Positions 32,719 to 43,046 of a stretch of DNA of 64,000 nucleotides are shown piece by piece. The stretch's first letter is position 1; every line of letters begins with the position of its first letter. Source of the DNA: an uncultured Candidatus Rokubacteria bacterium (lineage in GTDB: Bacteria; Methylomirabilota; Methylomirabilia; Rokubacteriales; CSP1-6); NCBI GenBank assembly GCA_963762145.1, contig CAVXJS010000021.1:96001-160000 (forward strand), written 5' to 3'. Made by a program: the position numbers and the translations under genes. Below the pieces are notes generated by a model. That model was not told where the DNA came from. It saw nothing but the letters and a program-made list of their open reading frames with translations, and made no database searches.

Positions 32719-34509
32719 ATGGCCATCGATCTGATCCGCAATTTCTCCATCGTCGCCCACATCGACCACGGCAAGTCCACCCTGGCCGACCGCCTCCTGT
32801 CCCTCACCGGGACCATGGACGCCAAGAAGGCGGTGGACCAGGTCCTGGACTCGATGGACCTGGAGAAGGAGCGCGGGATCACGATCAAGGCCCACGCGGT
32901 GCGCCTGCTCTACAAGGCGCGCGACGGGCAGGAATATACGCTCAACCTCATCGACACTCCCGGCCACGTGGACTTTTCGTACGAGGTCTCCCGCTCCCTC
33001 GCCGCCTGCGAGGGGGCGATCCTGATCGTGGACGCCGCCCAGGGGGTCGAGGCGCAGACCCTGGCCAATTTCTACCTGGCCCTGGACGGCGGCCTCGAGA
33101 TCATCCCGGTCATCAACAAGATCGACCTGCCCGCCGCCGACGTCGAGGCCACCCGGAACCAGATCACGGAGATCCTCACCCTGGACGGCGACGAGGCTCT
33201 CGCGATCTCGGCCAAGCACGGCACCGGGGTGCCGGAGGTGCTCGAGGCGATCGTGGCCCGCGTGCCGCCGCCCAAGGGCGCCGTGGACGCCCCGCTCAAG
33301 GCCCTGGTCTTCGACTCGTTCTACGACTCCTACCAGGGCGTGGTGGTCTACATCCGCCTGATCGACGGGCGCGTCCGCGCCGGCTCGCGCGTGCTGTTCA
33401 TGTCCACCGGCAAGGCCCTCGAGGTCCAGCAGGTCGGCGTCTTCTCCCCCGACATGCGGCCGGTGGAGGAGCTCACCGCCGGCCAGGTCGGCTACCTCAC
33501 CGCCGCGATCAAGCGGGTGGCCGACGCCAAGATCGGCGAGACCGTCACCGACGTGCTCCACCCGACCGCGGAGCCGTGCCCCGGCTACCGCGACGCCAAG
33601 CCGATGGTGTTCGCGGGGCTGTACCCGATCGAGGACACCGACTACGAGGGCCTCCGCGACGCGCTGGAGAAGCTGCGCCTGAACGACTCCGCGTTCAACT
33701 TCGAACCGGAGACTTCGCTTGCGCTCGGCTACGGGTTCCGCTGCGGCTTCCTGGGCATGCTGCACCTCGAGATCGTGCAGGAGCGGCTCGAGCGCGAGTT
33801 CAATCTCTCGCTGATCGTCACCGCCCCCAGCGTGCGCTTCAAGGTGATCACGCTGGCGGGCGAGACGCTCGAGGTGGAGAACCCCTCCAAGCTGCCGCCC
33901 GTCGACCGGATCGAGCGCATCGAGGAGCCCTACGTGCGCGGCTCGATCTTCGTGCCGACCGAGTTCATGAGCGAGATCTACAAGCTCGCGCAGGAGAAGC
34001 GCGGCGAGCACAAGTCACTCGAGTACGTGGGCAAGCGGGTCCACATCCAGTTCGACTTCCCGCTGAGCGAGATCGTGGTGGACTTCTACGATCGGCTCAA
34101 GTCCATCTCCAAGGGCTATGCCTCCTTCGACTACGACTTCCTGGAGTTCCGGGCCTCCGACATGGTCAAGCTCGACATCCTGCTCAACGGGGATCCGGTG
34201 GACGCGCTCTCCATCATCGTCCACCGCGAGAAGGCCTACGAGAAGGGGAAGGCCCTCGCCGAGAAGCTGCGCGCGGTGATTCCCCGCCAGCTCTACGAGG
34301 TCGCGATCCAGGCCGCGATCGGCAGCCGGGTGATCGCCCGCGAGACGGTCAAGGCCATGGGCAAGAACGTCACCGCCAAGTGCTACGGGGGCGACATCAC
34401 CCGCAAGCGCAAGCTGCTCGAGAAGCAGAAGGAAGGCAAGAAGCGGATGAAACAGGTCGGAAGGGTCGAGGTGCCGCAGGAAGCGTTCCTGTCGGTCCTC
34501 AAGAGCTAG
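32719..34509 (+). CDS. lepA: Elongation factor 4
   Basis: [46 protein letters not shown]. Confidence 0.98.
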   Translation: MAIDLIRNFSIVAHIDHGKSTLADRLLSLTGTMDAKKAVDQVLDSMDLEKERGITIKAHAVRLLYKARDGQEYTLNLIDTPGHVDFSYEVSRSLAACEGAILIVDAAQGVEAQTLANFYLALDGGLEIIPVINKIDLPAADVEATRNQITEILTLDGDEALAISAKHGTGVPEVLEAIVARVPPPKGAVDAPLKALVFDSFYDSYQGVVVYIRLIDGRVRAGSRVLFMSTGKALEVQQVGVFSPDMRPVEELTAGQVGYLTAAIKRVADAKIGETVTDVLHPTAEPCPGYRDAKPMVFAGLYPIEDTDYEGLRDALEKLRLNDSAFNFEPETSLALGYGFRCGFLGMLHLEIVQERLEREFNLSLIVTAPSVRFKVITLAGETLEVENPSKLPPVDRIERIEEPYVRGSIFVPTEFMSEIYKLAQEKRGEHKSLEYVGKRVHIQFDFPLSEIVVDFYDRLKSISKGYASFDYDFLEFRASDMVKLDILLNGDPVDALSIIVHREKAYEKGKALAEKLRAVIPRQLYEVAIQAAIGSRVIARETVKAMGKNVTAKCYGGDITRKRKLLEKQKEGKKRMKQVGRVEVPQEAFLSVLKS

Positions 34510-34518
34510 CGCGCCCGC

Positions 34519-35190
34519 ATGAACGATCTCCAGGTCCGTCCCGAGCGCGACATCGGGCCGCCCCCTCCGGTGACCCGACCCCGGCGCAAGTCCCTCTTCC
34601 GGGAGTACTCGGAAGCGATCATCATCGCGGTGCTCCTGGCCCTCTTCATCCGCCAGTTCGCGGTGCAGGCCTTCACGATCCCTTCCGGCTCCATGATGGA
34701 CACGCTCCTGATCGGCGACTACATCCTGGTCAACAAGTTCCTCTTCGGGGCCGAGATCCCGCTGACCGACCGGCACCTCCCCGGCGTGCGCGACCCGCGG
34801 CACGGCGACGTGGTGGTCTTCAAGTATCCCAACGACGAGACGCGCGACTTCATCAAGCGCATCATCGCGGTGGGCGGCGACACCATCCAGGTGCGCGACA
34901 ACCGCGTGCTGTTGAACGGCCATCCCATCGACGAGCCATACGTGCGCCCGGGATCCTTCACCGGGCCTCCGTCGGCCCAGTGCAGCTACGCCTACGGATG
35001 CGATCCCCTCAAGGTGCCCGCGGGCGCCTACTTCGTCATGGGCGACAACCGGGACAACTCGCAGGACAGCCGCTACTGGGGCTTCGTCCGCCGCGAGAAG
35101 ATCCGCGGCAAGGCCTTCCTGATCTACTGGTCGTGGAACGGGGAAGGACACTGGCTACGCTGGCAACGGCTGGGCAAGTACCTGCCGTAG
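34519..35190 (+). CDS. lepB: Signal peptidase I
   Basis: IPSGSM, FIKRII, GDNRDNSQDSRYWG. Confidence 0.97.
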   Translation: MNDLQVRPERDIGPPPPVTRPRRKSLFREYSEAIIIAVLLALFIRQFAVQAFTIPSGSMMDTLLIGDYILVNKFLFGAEIPLTDRHLPGVRDPRHGDVVVFKYPNDETRDFIKRIIAVGGDTIQVRDNRVLLNGHPIDEPYVRPGSFTGPPSAQCSYAYGCDPLKVPAGAYFVMGDNRDNSQDSRYWGFVRREKIRGKAFLIYWSWNGEGHWLRWQRLGKYLP

Positions 35191-35195
35191 CCGCG

Positions 35196-36335
35196 CTGAC
35201 GCCCCGCGCCGCCCGGCTCGGGGTCTACGTGCACCTGCCCTTCTGCGCGGAGCGATGCGGCTACTGCTCCTTCAACACCGCGCCGTACACGCCGGGTGGG
35301 CTCGACCGCTTCCTGGCCGCGCTGCTGCGCGAGTGCGACCTGGCCGGCGCCGCTCCGTGGACGGGCCGCGTGACGCTCGACACGCTCTTCCTCGGCGGCG
35401 GCACCCCGTCGCTGCTCGACCCGCCCCAGATGGCCGCCGTGCTCGATCGGATCCGGACCCGCTTCCGCCTGGAGCCCGGGGCCGAGGTGACCGTCGAGTG
35501 CAATCCCGACGACGTGACGGTGGCCCGCCTCGCCGGCTATCGGCGCGCCGGGGTGACCCGGATCAGCCTCGGCGTGCAGAGCCTGGACGACGCCATCCTG
35601 CCGCGGCTCGACCGGCGGCACTCGGCGACCCAGGCCGCCGCCGCGTTCCGCGCCGCCCGTGAGGCCGGGTTCGACAACGTCAGCGTGGATCTCATCTACG
35701 GCCTGCCCGCGCTCGACCTGGACACCTGGACGCGTACGGTGCGAGAGGCCATCGCGTGGGGCCCGGATCATCTCTCCGCCTACGCGCTGACCCTCGACGA
35801 GGGCAGCCTCTGGCACGCCGCGGGGGTGAGCGGACTGCCCGAGGAGGACACGGTCACCGCGCAGTACTGGATCCTCGCGCGCCTGGCCGGCGAGGCGGGC
35901 TTCGAGCACTATGAAGTCTCCAACTACGCGCGCCCCGGCTTCCGCTCGCGCCACAACCAGCGTTACTGGCGATGGGAGGAGTACCTGGCCCTCGGGCCGG
36001 GGGCGTGCGGCTTCCTCGGGCACGTGCGGTACGGCAACGTGAAGTCGGTGGAGCGCTACTGCACCCTCGTGGAGGGCGGAAGCCTCCCGCTCCAGAGCCA
36101 CGAGACGCTGACCCCGCGCCAGGCCCTCGCCGAGCGGCTGATCCTGGGACTCCGCACGAGCGACGGCATCCCGGCCGAGCGCCTGGCCGAGCGCCGCGCC
36201 CTCGAGCCCGGGCGCCTGCCCGAGGTGCTCGACGCGTGGCGCGAGCGGGGCCTGCTCACGGAGCGGGACGGCCGGGTCCGACTCACCGAGGCCGGCTTCC
36301 TTCTTTCCGACGCCCTGTTCACCGAGCTGCTCTAG
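35196..36335 (+). CDS. hemW: Radical SAM heme chaperone HemW; probable CTG start
   Basis: YVHLPFCAERCGYCSF, GGGTPS, YEVSNYA, HNQRYW; directly upstream of hrcA. Confidence 0.9.
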   Translation: MTPRAARLGVYVHLPFCAERCGYCSFNTAPYTPGGLDRFLAALLRECDLAGAAPWTGRVTLDTLFLGGGTPSLLDPPQMAAVLDRIRTRFRLEPGAEVTVECNPDDVTVARLAGYRRAGVTRISLGVQSLDDAILPRLDRRHSATQAAAAFRAAREAGFDNVSVDLIYGLPALDLDTWTRTVREAIAWGPDHLSAYALTLDEGSLWHAAGVSGLPEEDTVTAQYWILARLAGEAGFEHYEVSNYARPGFRSRHNQRYWRWEEYLALGPGACGFLGHVRYGNVKSVERYCTLVEGGSLPLQSHETLTPRQALAERLILGLRTSDGIPAERLAERRALEPGRLPEVLDAWRERGLLTERDGRVRLTEAGFLLSDALFTELL

Positions 36336-36349
36336 CGGTAAGATCGCGC

Positions 36350-37393
36350 ATGACCATCCCGTCCCTCGATCAGCGAAGCCGCCAGGTCCTCCTGGCCGTC
36401 ATCGCGGAGTACGTCGAGACGGGTGAGCCCGTCGGCTCGCGCGCGGTGGCGCGGCGGCACATCCGCGGCCTCTCCCCGGCCACCCTCCGAAACGCGATGG
36501 CGGATCTGGAAGATCTGGGCTACCTGGCGCAGCCGCACACCTCAGCGGGCCGGGTGCCGACGGATGCCGCCTACCGGTTCTACGTCGATCACCTCCAGCG
36601 CGTGCCGTGGGTCGCGGGCAAGGCGCCCGCGATGGGCCAGCCGTCCGCGGCGCCGCCCGACGCGGCCGAGCGCCTGATGGCCGAGGCCCCGGCCCTGCTG
36701 TCATCGGGCACGCACATGATGGGCGTGCTGCTCGCTCCGCCGCTCAAGCACACCGCGCTGGATCGCATCGAGCTGGTGGCGCTGGACGAGGAGCGGGCTC
36801 TCGCGGTGCTGGTGACGGACACCGGCTGGGTCACCGCGCGGCCCATCAACAGCGCGCCGCGGGGCGGAAGCGAGGAGCTCCGCGAAACGGGCCGGGCGCT
36901 GACCCGGCGGTTTCGCGGAAAAACCTTCCAGGAGATCCTCGACGACCTGGCCGCGCCCGCCGACCCGCTCGATCCCCTCTGGACGCGGAGCCGCGGCGTG
37001 CTCGACGAGGTGGTCGCGCTCCTGCGCGACCGCACGCTCTACCTGAGCGGCGCCACCAACATGCTGGACCATCCGGACCTGTCGGACACCGCCACGCTGC
37101 GCTCGGTGCTGCGCGCCTTCGAGGACAAGGCGCGTCTCATCGACCTGCTCTCCCGGATGGCCGAGGAGCGTGGCCTCCAGGTGATGATCGGTAGCGAGAA
37201 CCCGATGGAGGACATGCGCGGCTGCAGCCTGATCACGTCCACGTATACCTACCGGGACCAGGTCCTGGGGGTGCTCGGCGTGGTGGGACCCCGCCGTATG
37301 CCCTACTCGGAGGTCATGTCGGTGGTGGACGAGACCGCGCGCGCCGTCTCGAGTGCCCTCTCCCGCGTCCGCCAGCACCTGTACTTGCCGTAG
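36350..37393 (+). CDS. hrcA: Heat-inducible transcription repressor HrcA
   Basis: PVGSR, SPATLRNAMADLE, QPHTSAGRVPT, GPRRMPY. Confidence 0.95.
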   Translation: MTIPSLDQRSRQVLLAVIAEYVETGEPVGSRAVARRHIRGLSPATLRNAMADLEDLGYLAQPHTSAGRVPTDAAYRFYVDHLQRVPWVAGKAPAMGQPSAAPPDAAERLMAEAPALLSSGTHMMGVLLAPPLKHTALDRIELVALDEERALAVLVTDTGWVTARPINSAPRGGSEELRETGRALTRRFRGKTFQEILDDLAAPADPLDPLWTRSRGVLDEVVALLRDRTLYLSGATNMLDHPDLSDTATLRSVLRAFEDKARLIDLLSRMAEERGLQVMIGSENPMEDMRGCSLITSTYTYRDQVLGVLGVVGPRRMPYSEVMSVVDETARAVSSALSRVRQHLYLP

Positions 37394-37443
37394 CGCGACT
37401 TCGGGGCCGTTTTCGAAACGGCTGTCTGCCCCAATCGCGAAAA

Positions 37444-37479
37444 TGGGGGAGTGCGGGGGCCATTTCTGGGCCCCCGCAT
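37444..37479. repeat. Dispersed palindromic REP-like element, copy 2
   Basis: Exact 36-nt reverse complement of 13226..13261. Confidence 0.9.
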
Positions 37480-37601
37480 TAGATAGAGAAGCTTCCCGTA
37501 TCCAAAGCGTCCACCTCAGTCACAGCGCCGAACCCGTTGCTGGGGCGCACCGGGTGGCCCTCCGGGCGGAGACCGTCCGTCTGCTATACTTGGCTTCTGC
37601 C

Positions 37602-38147
37602 ATGAGTGATTCGTTCTTCGATGGGCCGGTGACCAACGAGGCGGCGGAGGAGATCCAGCGGCTCCGCGATGCCCTCGAGACCAAGACCCGCGAGGTGGAA
37701 GCCCAGCAGGACCGCTACCTGCGCACCGTCGCCGAGTTCGACAACGTGCGCAAGCGCAGCGTGCGGGAGCGGGAGGAGTACACCCGCTACGCCAACGAGT
37801 CCCTGCTGCGTGACATCCTCCCCGTGCTCGACAATCTCGACCGGGCCCTGCAGGCGGCGCGCACCGAGCCGGCGACCTCCCTCGCCACCGGCGTCGAGCT
37901 GATCCAGCGCGAGCTGCTGCGCGTCCTGGAGAAGTTCGGCGTGACGCCGTTCACCTCGGTGGGTCAGCCCTTCGATCCGGAGCGCCACGAGGCCATCGCG
38001 CGCGTGCAGCGCCCGGACCTGCCCGACATGTCGGTGGCCGCGGAGACCGCGCGCGGCTACCTCCTGCACGGTCGGGTCCTGCGGCCCGCGATGGTCACGG
38101 TGGCGGTGGCCCCGGACGACTCGGGCGACTCTCCCGCCGACGCCTAG
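37602..38147 (+). CDS. grpE: Nucleotide exchange factor GrpE
   Basis: AEFDNVRKR, LPVLDNLDRA, FDPERHEA, RVLRPAMV. Confidence 0.95.
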   Translation: MSDSFFDGPVTNEAAEEIQRLRDALETKTREVEAQQDRYLRTVAEFDNVRKRSVREREEYTRYANESLLRDILPVLDNLDRALQAARTEPATSLATGVELIQRELLRVLEKFGVTPFTSVGQPFDPERHEAIARVQRPDLPDMSVAAETARGYLLHGRVLRPAMVTVAVAPDDSGDSPADA

Positions 38148-38148
38148 C

Positions 38149-39249
38149 GTGGCCACCAAGGATTTCTACGGCATCCTCGGCGTCCCCCGGGATGCCGACG
38201 ACGCGGCGCTGAAGAAGGCCTATCGCAACCTCGCCCGCGCCTACCATCCCGACCGCAACCCCGGCGACAAGAAAGCCGAGGATCGCTTCAAGGAGATCAG
38301 CGAAGCCTACGCCATCCTGTCCGACACCGGGAAGCGCGCCCAGTACGATCGCTTCGGCACGGTCGGCGGGGTAGGCGGCGCAGGCGGGGAGGCGGGCTTC
38401 GGCACGATCTTCGAGGATCTCTTCGAGGGGTTCTTCGGCAGCGGGGGCGGCAACCGCTCCCGCTCGCGGGTGCGGCGCGGTGACGACCTCCGCTACGACC
38501 TCGAGATCTCGCTCGAGGACGCCGCCCGGGGTATCGAGACCAAGCTGCAGGTCCCGCGCCTCGAGACCTGCGAGACCTGCCGCGGGGCCGGCGTGGAAGC
38601 GGGGAGCCAGCCCGAGGTCTGCGGCACATGCCGCGGCCAGGGCCAGGTGCGCTTCACCCAGGGCTTCCTCACCGTGGCCCGCCCCTGCCCCAACTGCCGC
38701 GGCGAGGGACGGATCATCCGGCACCCCTGCTCCGGCTGCCGCGGCCAGGGACGCGTGTCCCGCGAGCGGCTGCTGAAGGTCACGATCCCGGCCGGCGTGG
38801 AGAACGGCAATCAGCTCCGGCTCAACGGCGAAGGGGAAAGTGGTCTGCAGGGCGGCCCGGCCGGGGACCTCTACGTGGTGCTCCACATCAAGCCCCACGA
38901 GATCTTCGTGCGCGACGGCGCGCACCTGATCTGCGAGCTGCCACTGACCTTCCCCCAGGTGGCGCTCGGCGACGAGGTCGAGGTGCCGGTGCTCGACGGC
39001 GCCGCGAAGCTCCGGATCCCGGCGGGAACGCAGCCGGGCCAGCGTCTGGTGCTCAAGGGCAAGGGCATGCCGCACCTGCGCGGGCGGGGTCGGGGCGACG
39101 CGGTGTACGAGGTGGCGGTGGAGGTACCGACGCAGCTCACCGCGCGCCAGCGGGAGCTGCTGGAGGAGTTCCGCCGCACGCACGACGGCGACTCGAGCCC
39201 CCGGGCGTCGAAGTTCGTCGAGCGGATGAAGCAGCTGTTCGGTAGTTGA
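38149..39249 (+). CDS. dnaJ: Chaperone DnaJ
   Basis: HPD motif; four CxxCxGxG repeats; GDLYV. Confidence 0.97.
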   Translation: MATKDFYGILGVPRDADDAALKKAYRNLARAYHPDRNPGDKKAEDRFKEISEAYAILSDTGKRAQYDRFGTVGGVGGAGGEAGFGTIFEDLFEGFFGSGGGNRSRSRVRRGDDLRYDLEISLEDAARGIETKLQVPRLETCETCRGAGVEAGSQPEVCGTCRGQGQVRFTQGFLTVARPCPNCRGEGRIIRHPCSGCRGQGRVSRERLLKVTIPAGVENGNQLRLNGEGESGLQGGPAGDLYVVLHIKPHEIFVRDGAHLICELPLTFPQVALGDEVEVPVLDGAAKLRIPAGTQPGQRLVLKGKGMPHLRGRGRGDAVYEVAVEVPTQLTARQRELLEEFRRTHDGDSSPRASKFVERMKQLFGS

Positions 39250-40133
39250 TGCCGTTCTGGCAGCTGACCCTCCCCGCCGCCGCCGACAGCGAAGACGCGC
39301 TCACCAACTTCCTCTGGGAGCAAGGCGCGCTCGGCGTGGTCGAGGAGGCGGCCCCCGGCGTCCCGCCGCGCCTGCGCGCCTTCTTCGCCGAGAGCATGTC
39401 GTCCACGCGGCTGCTGGCCGCGGTCCAGGACTACCAGGCATCGCTCCGGTCGCTCGGCTTCGCGATCGATTCGCAGGGCACCGAGATCACCCCGCTGCTG
39501 GACGAGGCGTGGGCGAGCGCGTGGCAGCAATCGTTCCCGGCCCGCGAGGTGGGCCGGCGCCTCCTGGTGCTGCCGCCGTGGATCGAGCCGCCCGCTCACC
39601 GGACCGGACCGGAGCGCATGACCGTGATCATCGAGCCCGGCCGCGCCTTCGGCACCGGCCACCACGGCACGACCGAGGGCTGTCTGGTGCTGCTCGAGGA
39701 AGCGCTGGCGATCATGCCCGCCGCGGCCTCGCTCGACATCGGGACCGGCACCGGCATCCTGGCCATCGCGGCGCTCAAGCTCGGCGCGTCTTCGGTCATC
39801 GCGATCGACGTGGACCCGGACGCCGTCTCGGCCGCGCAGGTCAACGCGAGGCGTAACGGCTGCGCCGGCCTGACCGTCCGGCTGGCCGAGCCGCAGGAGA
39901 TCCCGGGCCGCTTCCCGCTCGTGCTGGCGAACCTGCTGACGCACACTCATCTGGCGCTGGCCCCGCAGTACGCGCGTCTGGTGGCCCCGGGCGGCTCGCT
40001 GGTGCTCGGGGGCATGCTCCAGGACGAGGACGGGCGCGTCAGCGACACCCTGGCCGGCGCCGGCCTCGTGACCCGGTCCCGCCTGGCGCTGGAAGGTTGG
40101 GCCTCGCTGCGCCTCGAGGCCCGGGCCGCGTGA
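39249..40133 (+). CDS. prmA: Ribosomal protein L11 methyltransferase
   Basis: IEPGRAFGTGHHGTT, DIGTGTGILAI. Confidence 0.9.
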   Translation: MPFWQLTLPAAADSEDALTNFLWEQGALGVVEEAAPGVPPRLRAFFAESMSSTRLLAAVQDYQASLRSLGFAIDSQGTEITPLLDEAWASAWQQSFPAREVGRRLLVLPPWIEPPAHRTGPERMTVIIEPGRAFGTGHHGTTEGCLVLLEEALAIMPAAASLDIGTGTGILAIAALKLGASSVIAIDVDPDAVSAAQVNARRNGCAGLTVRLAEPQEIPGRFPLVLANLLTHTHLALAPQYARLVAPGGSLVLGGMLQDEDGRVSDTLAGAGLVTRSRLALEGWASLRLEARAA

Positions 40134-40873
40134 CCCGCTTCCTGCACCTCGCGAGGGGCGCGGTGGACGGCGACCGCGTGGCCTTCGAAGCCGCCGCCGC
40201 CCATCACCTGGGCCGCGTGCTGCGGGCTGCCGTCGGCGACGTGGTGCAGGCGGTGGACGACGAGGGCGCGCTGCTGTCGGTGCGCCTCACCGCGATCGCC
40301 TCCCGCCGCGCCGAGGGCCTGATCGTGAGCCGCGCGGCGCTCGCGACCGAGTCGCCCCTCGACCTGACCCTGGCCCAGGGGGTTCCGAAGGGCGACAAGA
40401 TGGATGGCATCGTCCGGATGGCCACCGAGCTCGGCGTCACCCGCGTGATTCCGCTGCTGACCGCGCGGACGGTGGTCCGGCTCGAGCCCGCGCGCTGGCC
40501 CGCCCGCCGCGCACGGTGGCAGCGCATCGCCAAGGAGGCCGCCCAGCAGAGTGGGCGCGCGGCCGTCCCGGAGATCGAGGAACCGCGTGACCTTGCGCCG
40601 TGGGCGCGCGAAGCCGGCGCGACCGGGCTCCTGGTCTGCCTGTGGGAGGAGGAGCGGGAGGGGCTCGCCGCGCGCCTGCCCGCGGGCCGCTGCCCCCGCG
40701 TGACCGTCGTGGTGGGCCCGGAAGGCGGGCTGGCCGCCGACGAGGTCCGAGGGCTCGCCGGGGCGGGCGCCGTGGTGGCCGGGCTCGGCCCTCGCCTGCT
40801 CCGGACCGAGACCGCGGGCGCGGTGGCGGTGGCCCTGCTCCAGTCACGCTACGGCGATCTGGGCACGGCCTGA
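40130..40873 (+). CDS. rsmE: 16S rRNA m3U1498 methyltransferase
   Basis: HHLGRVLR, ATELGV, EAAQQSGR, GPEGG, LRTETAG. Confidence 0.93.
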   Translation: MTRFLHLARGAVDGDRVAFEAAAAHHLGRVLRAAVGDVVQAVDDEGALLSVRLTAIASRRAEGLIVSRAALATESPLDLTLAQGVPKGDKMDGIVRMATELGVTRVIPLLTARTVVRLEPARWPARRARWQRIAKEAAQQSGRAAVPEIEEPRDLAPWAREAGATGLLVCLWEEEREGLAARLPAGRCPRVTVVVGPEGGLAADEVRGLAGAGAVVAGLGPRLLRTETAGAVAVALLQSRYGDLGTA

Positions 40874-40874
40874 G

Positions 40875-41279
40875 GTGGAGCTCGCCGTCGAGGCCGCGAC
40901 CTTGTCGGACGCCTTCGCGCGGATCGGGCTCGCGCTGTTCGCCGCCGCGGTGGATCCGGCCTCGGTGGAGGCGGTCGAGGTGAGGGAGGTACGGGCGCAC
41001 GGAGTGGGAGTCCCCATGCTCCTGCGTCGCTGGCTCGAGGAATGCCTGTACGTTCACGAGGTGGAAGGCTTCGCGTGCCGGTCCATCGAGTTCGCGGTCT
41101 TCGACGTCTCCCCGGCGGCGGGGGGCGAAGCGGTGCGCCTGCACGCCTTCCTTCGAGGCGAGCCGCTGGAGCCCACGCGCCACCGGGTTCATCAGCTCAT
41201 CCGTGGTATAGGGACCGACGAGCCTAGGGTAGAGGCGGTCCCCGAGGGGTTTCGAGTGCGGGCCCGGCTCGAGCTCTGA
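40875..41279 (+). CDS. Archease-like protein (divergent)
   Basis: AATLSDAF, LLRRWLEECLYVHE and LRGEPLE..RH resemble the archease core. Confidence 0.65.
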   Translation: MELAVEAATLSDAFARIGLALFAAAVDPASVEAVEVREVRAHGVGVPMLLRRWLEECLYVHEVEGFACRSIEFAVFDVSPAAGGEAVRLHAFLRGEPLEPTRHRVHQLIRGIGTDEPRVEAVPEGFRVRARLEL

Positions 41280-41404
41280 TGTTGCCTAACTGACACAAGC
41301 TCCCCCGAGGGGTGTGTCATTCTTGCAACCCCTTACATAGGGCTCGGGCTGGACTCGGCCGATAACGCCAATATAAGCAGTAGTTTGAGTGACATTAGCC
41401 CCTC

Positions 41405-41419
41405 TGGCACCTTGTTTGC
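41405..41419 (+). promoter_or_regulatory. Sigma54 (-24/-12) promoter upstream of lpxC
   Basis: TGGCAC-CTTGT-TTGC has consensus spacing; upstream inverted repeat TGACACA-N15-TGTGTCA at 41291-41319. Confidence 0.75.
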
Positions 41420-41435
41420 CTACTATGTGGCGATC

Positions 41436-42350
41436 ATGGACTTCCAGCAGACCATCAGACGCCCGGTGTGCCTCGAGGGGATCGGCCTGCATTCGGGGGA
41501 AACGGTGAAGATGACGATCTCCCCCGCCGCAGCGGATACGGGCATCCTGTTCCGCGCCGCCGACGGCACCCTGATTCCCGCGAATGCCGATCACGTGGTG
41601 GATACCAATTCGGCGACCACGGTCGGGGCCTTCGGCGTGCGCATTCGGACCATCGAGCACCTGATGGCCGCGACGTCCGCGCTCGGCATCGACGACCTGA
41701 TGCTGGACATCGACGGGCCGGAAGTGCCCGCGGCGGACGGTAGCGCGAAGCCCTTCGTGGACCTGCTGCGCTCGGCCGGGCGGGTGAGTCTCGCCGCCCC
41801 CCGGCGGCCGATCAGCATCCGCGAGCCGATCCGCGTCGGCACGGAGAGCCGGTGGCTCGAGGCGGTGCCGGCGGATTCACTCCGCATCAGCTACACCCTC
41901 GACAACAACCATCCGATCATCGGCCTACAGGCGGGCACCTTCGAGATCACCGAGGAGGTCTTCTGCGAGGAGCTGGCCGCCGCCCGGACGTATGGATTTC
42001 TCCGGGACGTCCCGGCCATGCGACAGAACGGGCTGGCGCGCGGGGGCTCGCTCGAGAACGCGGTCGTGGTGGGCAAGCGCTCGGTGCTCAACGACAGCCT
42101 GCGCTTCCCCGACGAGTTCGTCCGCCACAAGATCCTCGACCTGGTCGGCGACCTGTCCCTCCTGGGACGGCCGCTCCGGGCGCACGTCGTGGGCCGCAAC
42201 GCGGGCCACGCGCTGAACCACCAGCTGGTGACCGCGATCCAGAAGGCCCTGGCGGCCGACCGCCGGCGGGCCGCCGCGCGCGTCACCCGCCCCGTCCCCG
42301 CCCCGGTGGCTGCCGGCGACGGGTTCCTCCCGGGTGTCGCGGCCCTGTAG
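41436..42350 (+). CDS. lpxC: UDP-3-O-acyl-N-acetylglucosamine deacetylase
   Basis: GIGLHSG, TIEHLMA, DGSA, ARTYGF, HKILDLVGDL, AGHALN. Confidence 0.95.
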   Translation: MDFQQTIRRPVCLEGIGLHSGETVKMTISPAAADTGILFRAADGTLIPANADHVVDTNSATTVGAFGVRIRTIEHLMAATSALGIDDLMLDIDGPEVPAADGSAKPFVDLLRSAGRVSLAAPRRPISIREPIRVGTESRWLEAVPADSLRISYTLDNNHPIIGLQAGTFEITEEVFCEELAAARTYGFLRDVPAMRQNGLARGGSLENAVVVGKRSVLNDSLRFPDEFVRHKILDLVGDLSLLGRPLRAHVVGRNAGHALNHQLVTAIQKALAADRRRAAARVTRPVPAPVAAGDGFLPGVAAL

Positions 42351-42458
42351 GCCGCCACCCCCTCCCGCCCGCCTCTTCCCTACCGCCCGGAGCGCCCGAG
42401 GCCGAACCCGCCCTGCCCGCAGGGCCCGACGCTATAGCTATAATGGTCCGGCTGCTCT

Positions 42459-43046
42459 ATGGGGACTTGCCGGCGCCACACGATCCGCAGCTGGGCCTTC
42501 GCCGGCGGTCTGCTCGCCGCCGTCCTGCTGGGGACGGCGGCGGCGGACGCCGAGGTCCGCGTCAGCAACCTGGCCGTGTTCCTCAACGACTACGACGTGA
42601 CCGTCACGGTGGTGCTGTTCGGGGCGGTGCCGAGCGCGCTCCATGAGAGCCTGCACACCGGCATCGCGGCTCACGTGCGCTACTACGTGGAGCTCTGGCA
42701 GCACACGCGCCTGGGCGTGGACCGGCGCCTGCAGGCGCGCATGGTGGAGCGGCAGCTCACCTACAACGTGCTCACCAAGGAGTACAAGGTCGCGCCGCTC
42801 AAGGGGGAGCAGCGCGAGCCGCTGCTCACCAAGGACCTGCGCGAGGCTCAGCGCGTGATCTCCGAGCTCCGGGTGGGCCACCTGGCCCCGGTCGCCGCGC
42901 TCGACAAGCAGGAACTGTACTACGTGCGCGTCCGCTCCGACGTCTCGCTGGGCGGCGTCAACTCCTGGTTCGCGCGCATGACCGGCGAGGCCGAGGAGAC
43001 CCCGTGGGTGCAGTCGAGCCTCCTCACCCCGGTGCGGAGCCAGTGA
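42459..43046 (+). CDS. DUF4390 family exported protein
   Basis: Signal peptide; LTYNVLTKEY; typical position upstream of ntrY. Confidence 0.7.
   Translation: MGTCRRHTIRSWAFAGGLLAAVLLGTAAADAEVRVSNLAVFLNDYDVTVTVVLFGAVPSALHESLHTGIAAHVRYYVELWQHTRLGVDRRLQARMVERQLTYNVLTKEYKVAPLKGEQREPLLTKDLREAQRVISELRVGHLAPVAALDKQELYYVRVRSDVSLGGVNSWFARMTGEAEETPWVQSSLLTPVRSQ

Noticed and set aside
42351-42430. C-rich tract (possible G4 on the minus strand) and a small hairpin after lpxC
   Set aside because: The runs are irregular and unremarkable for this GC content.
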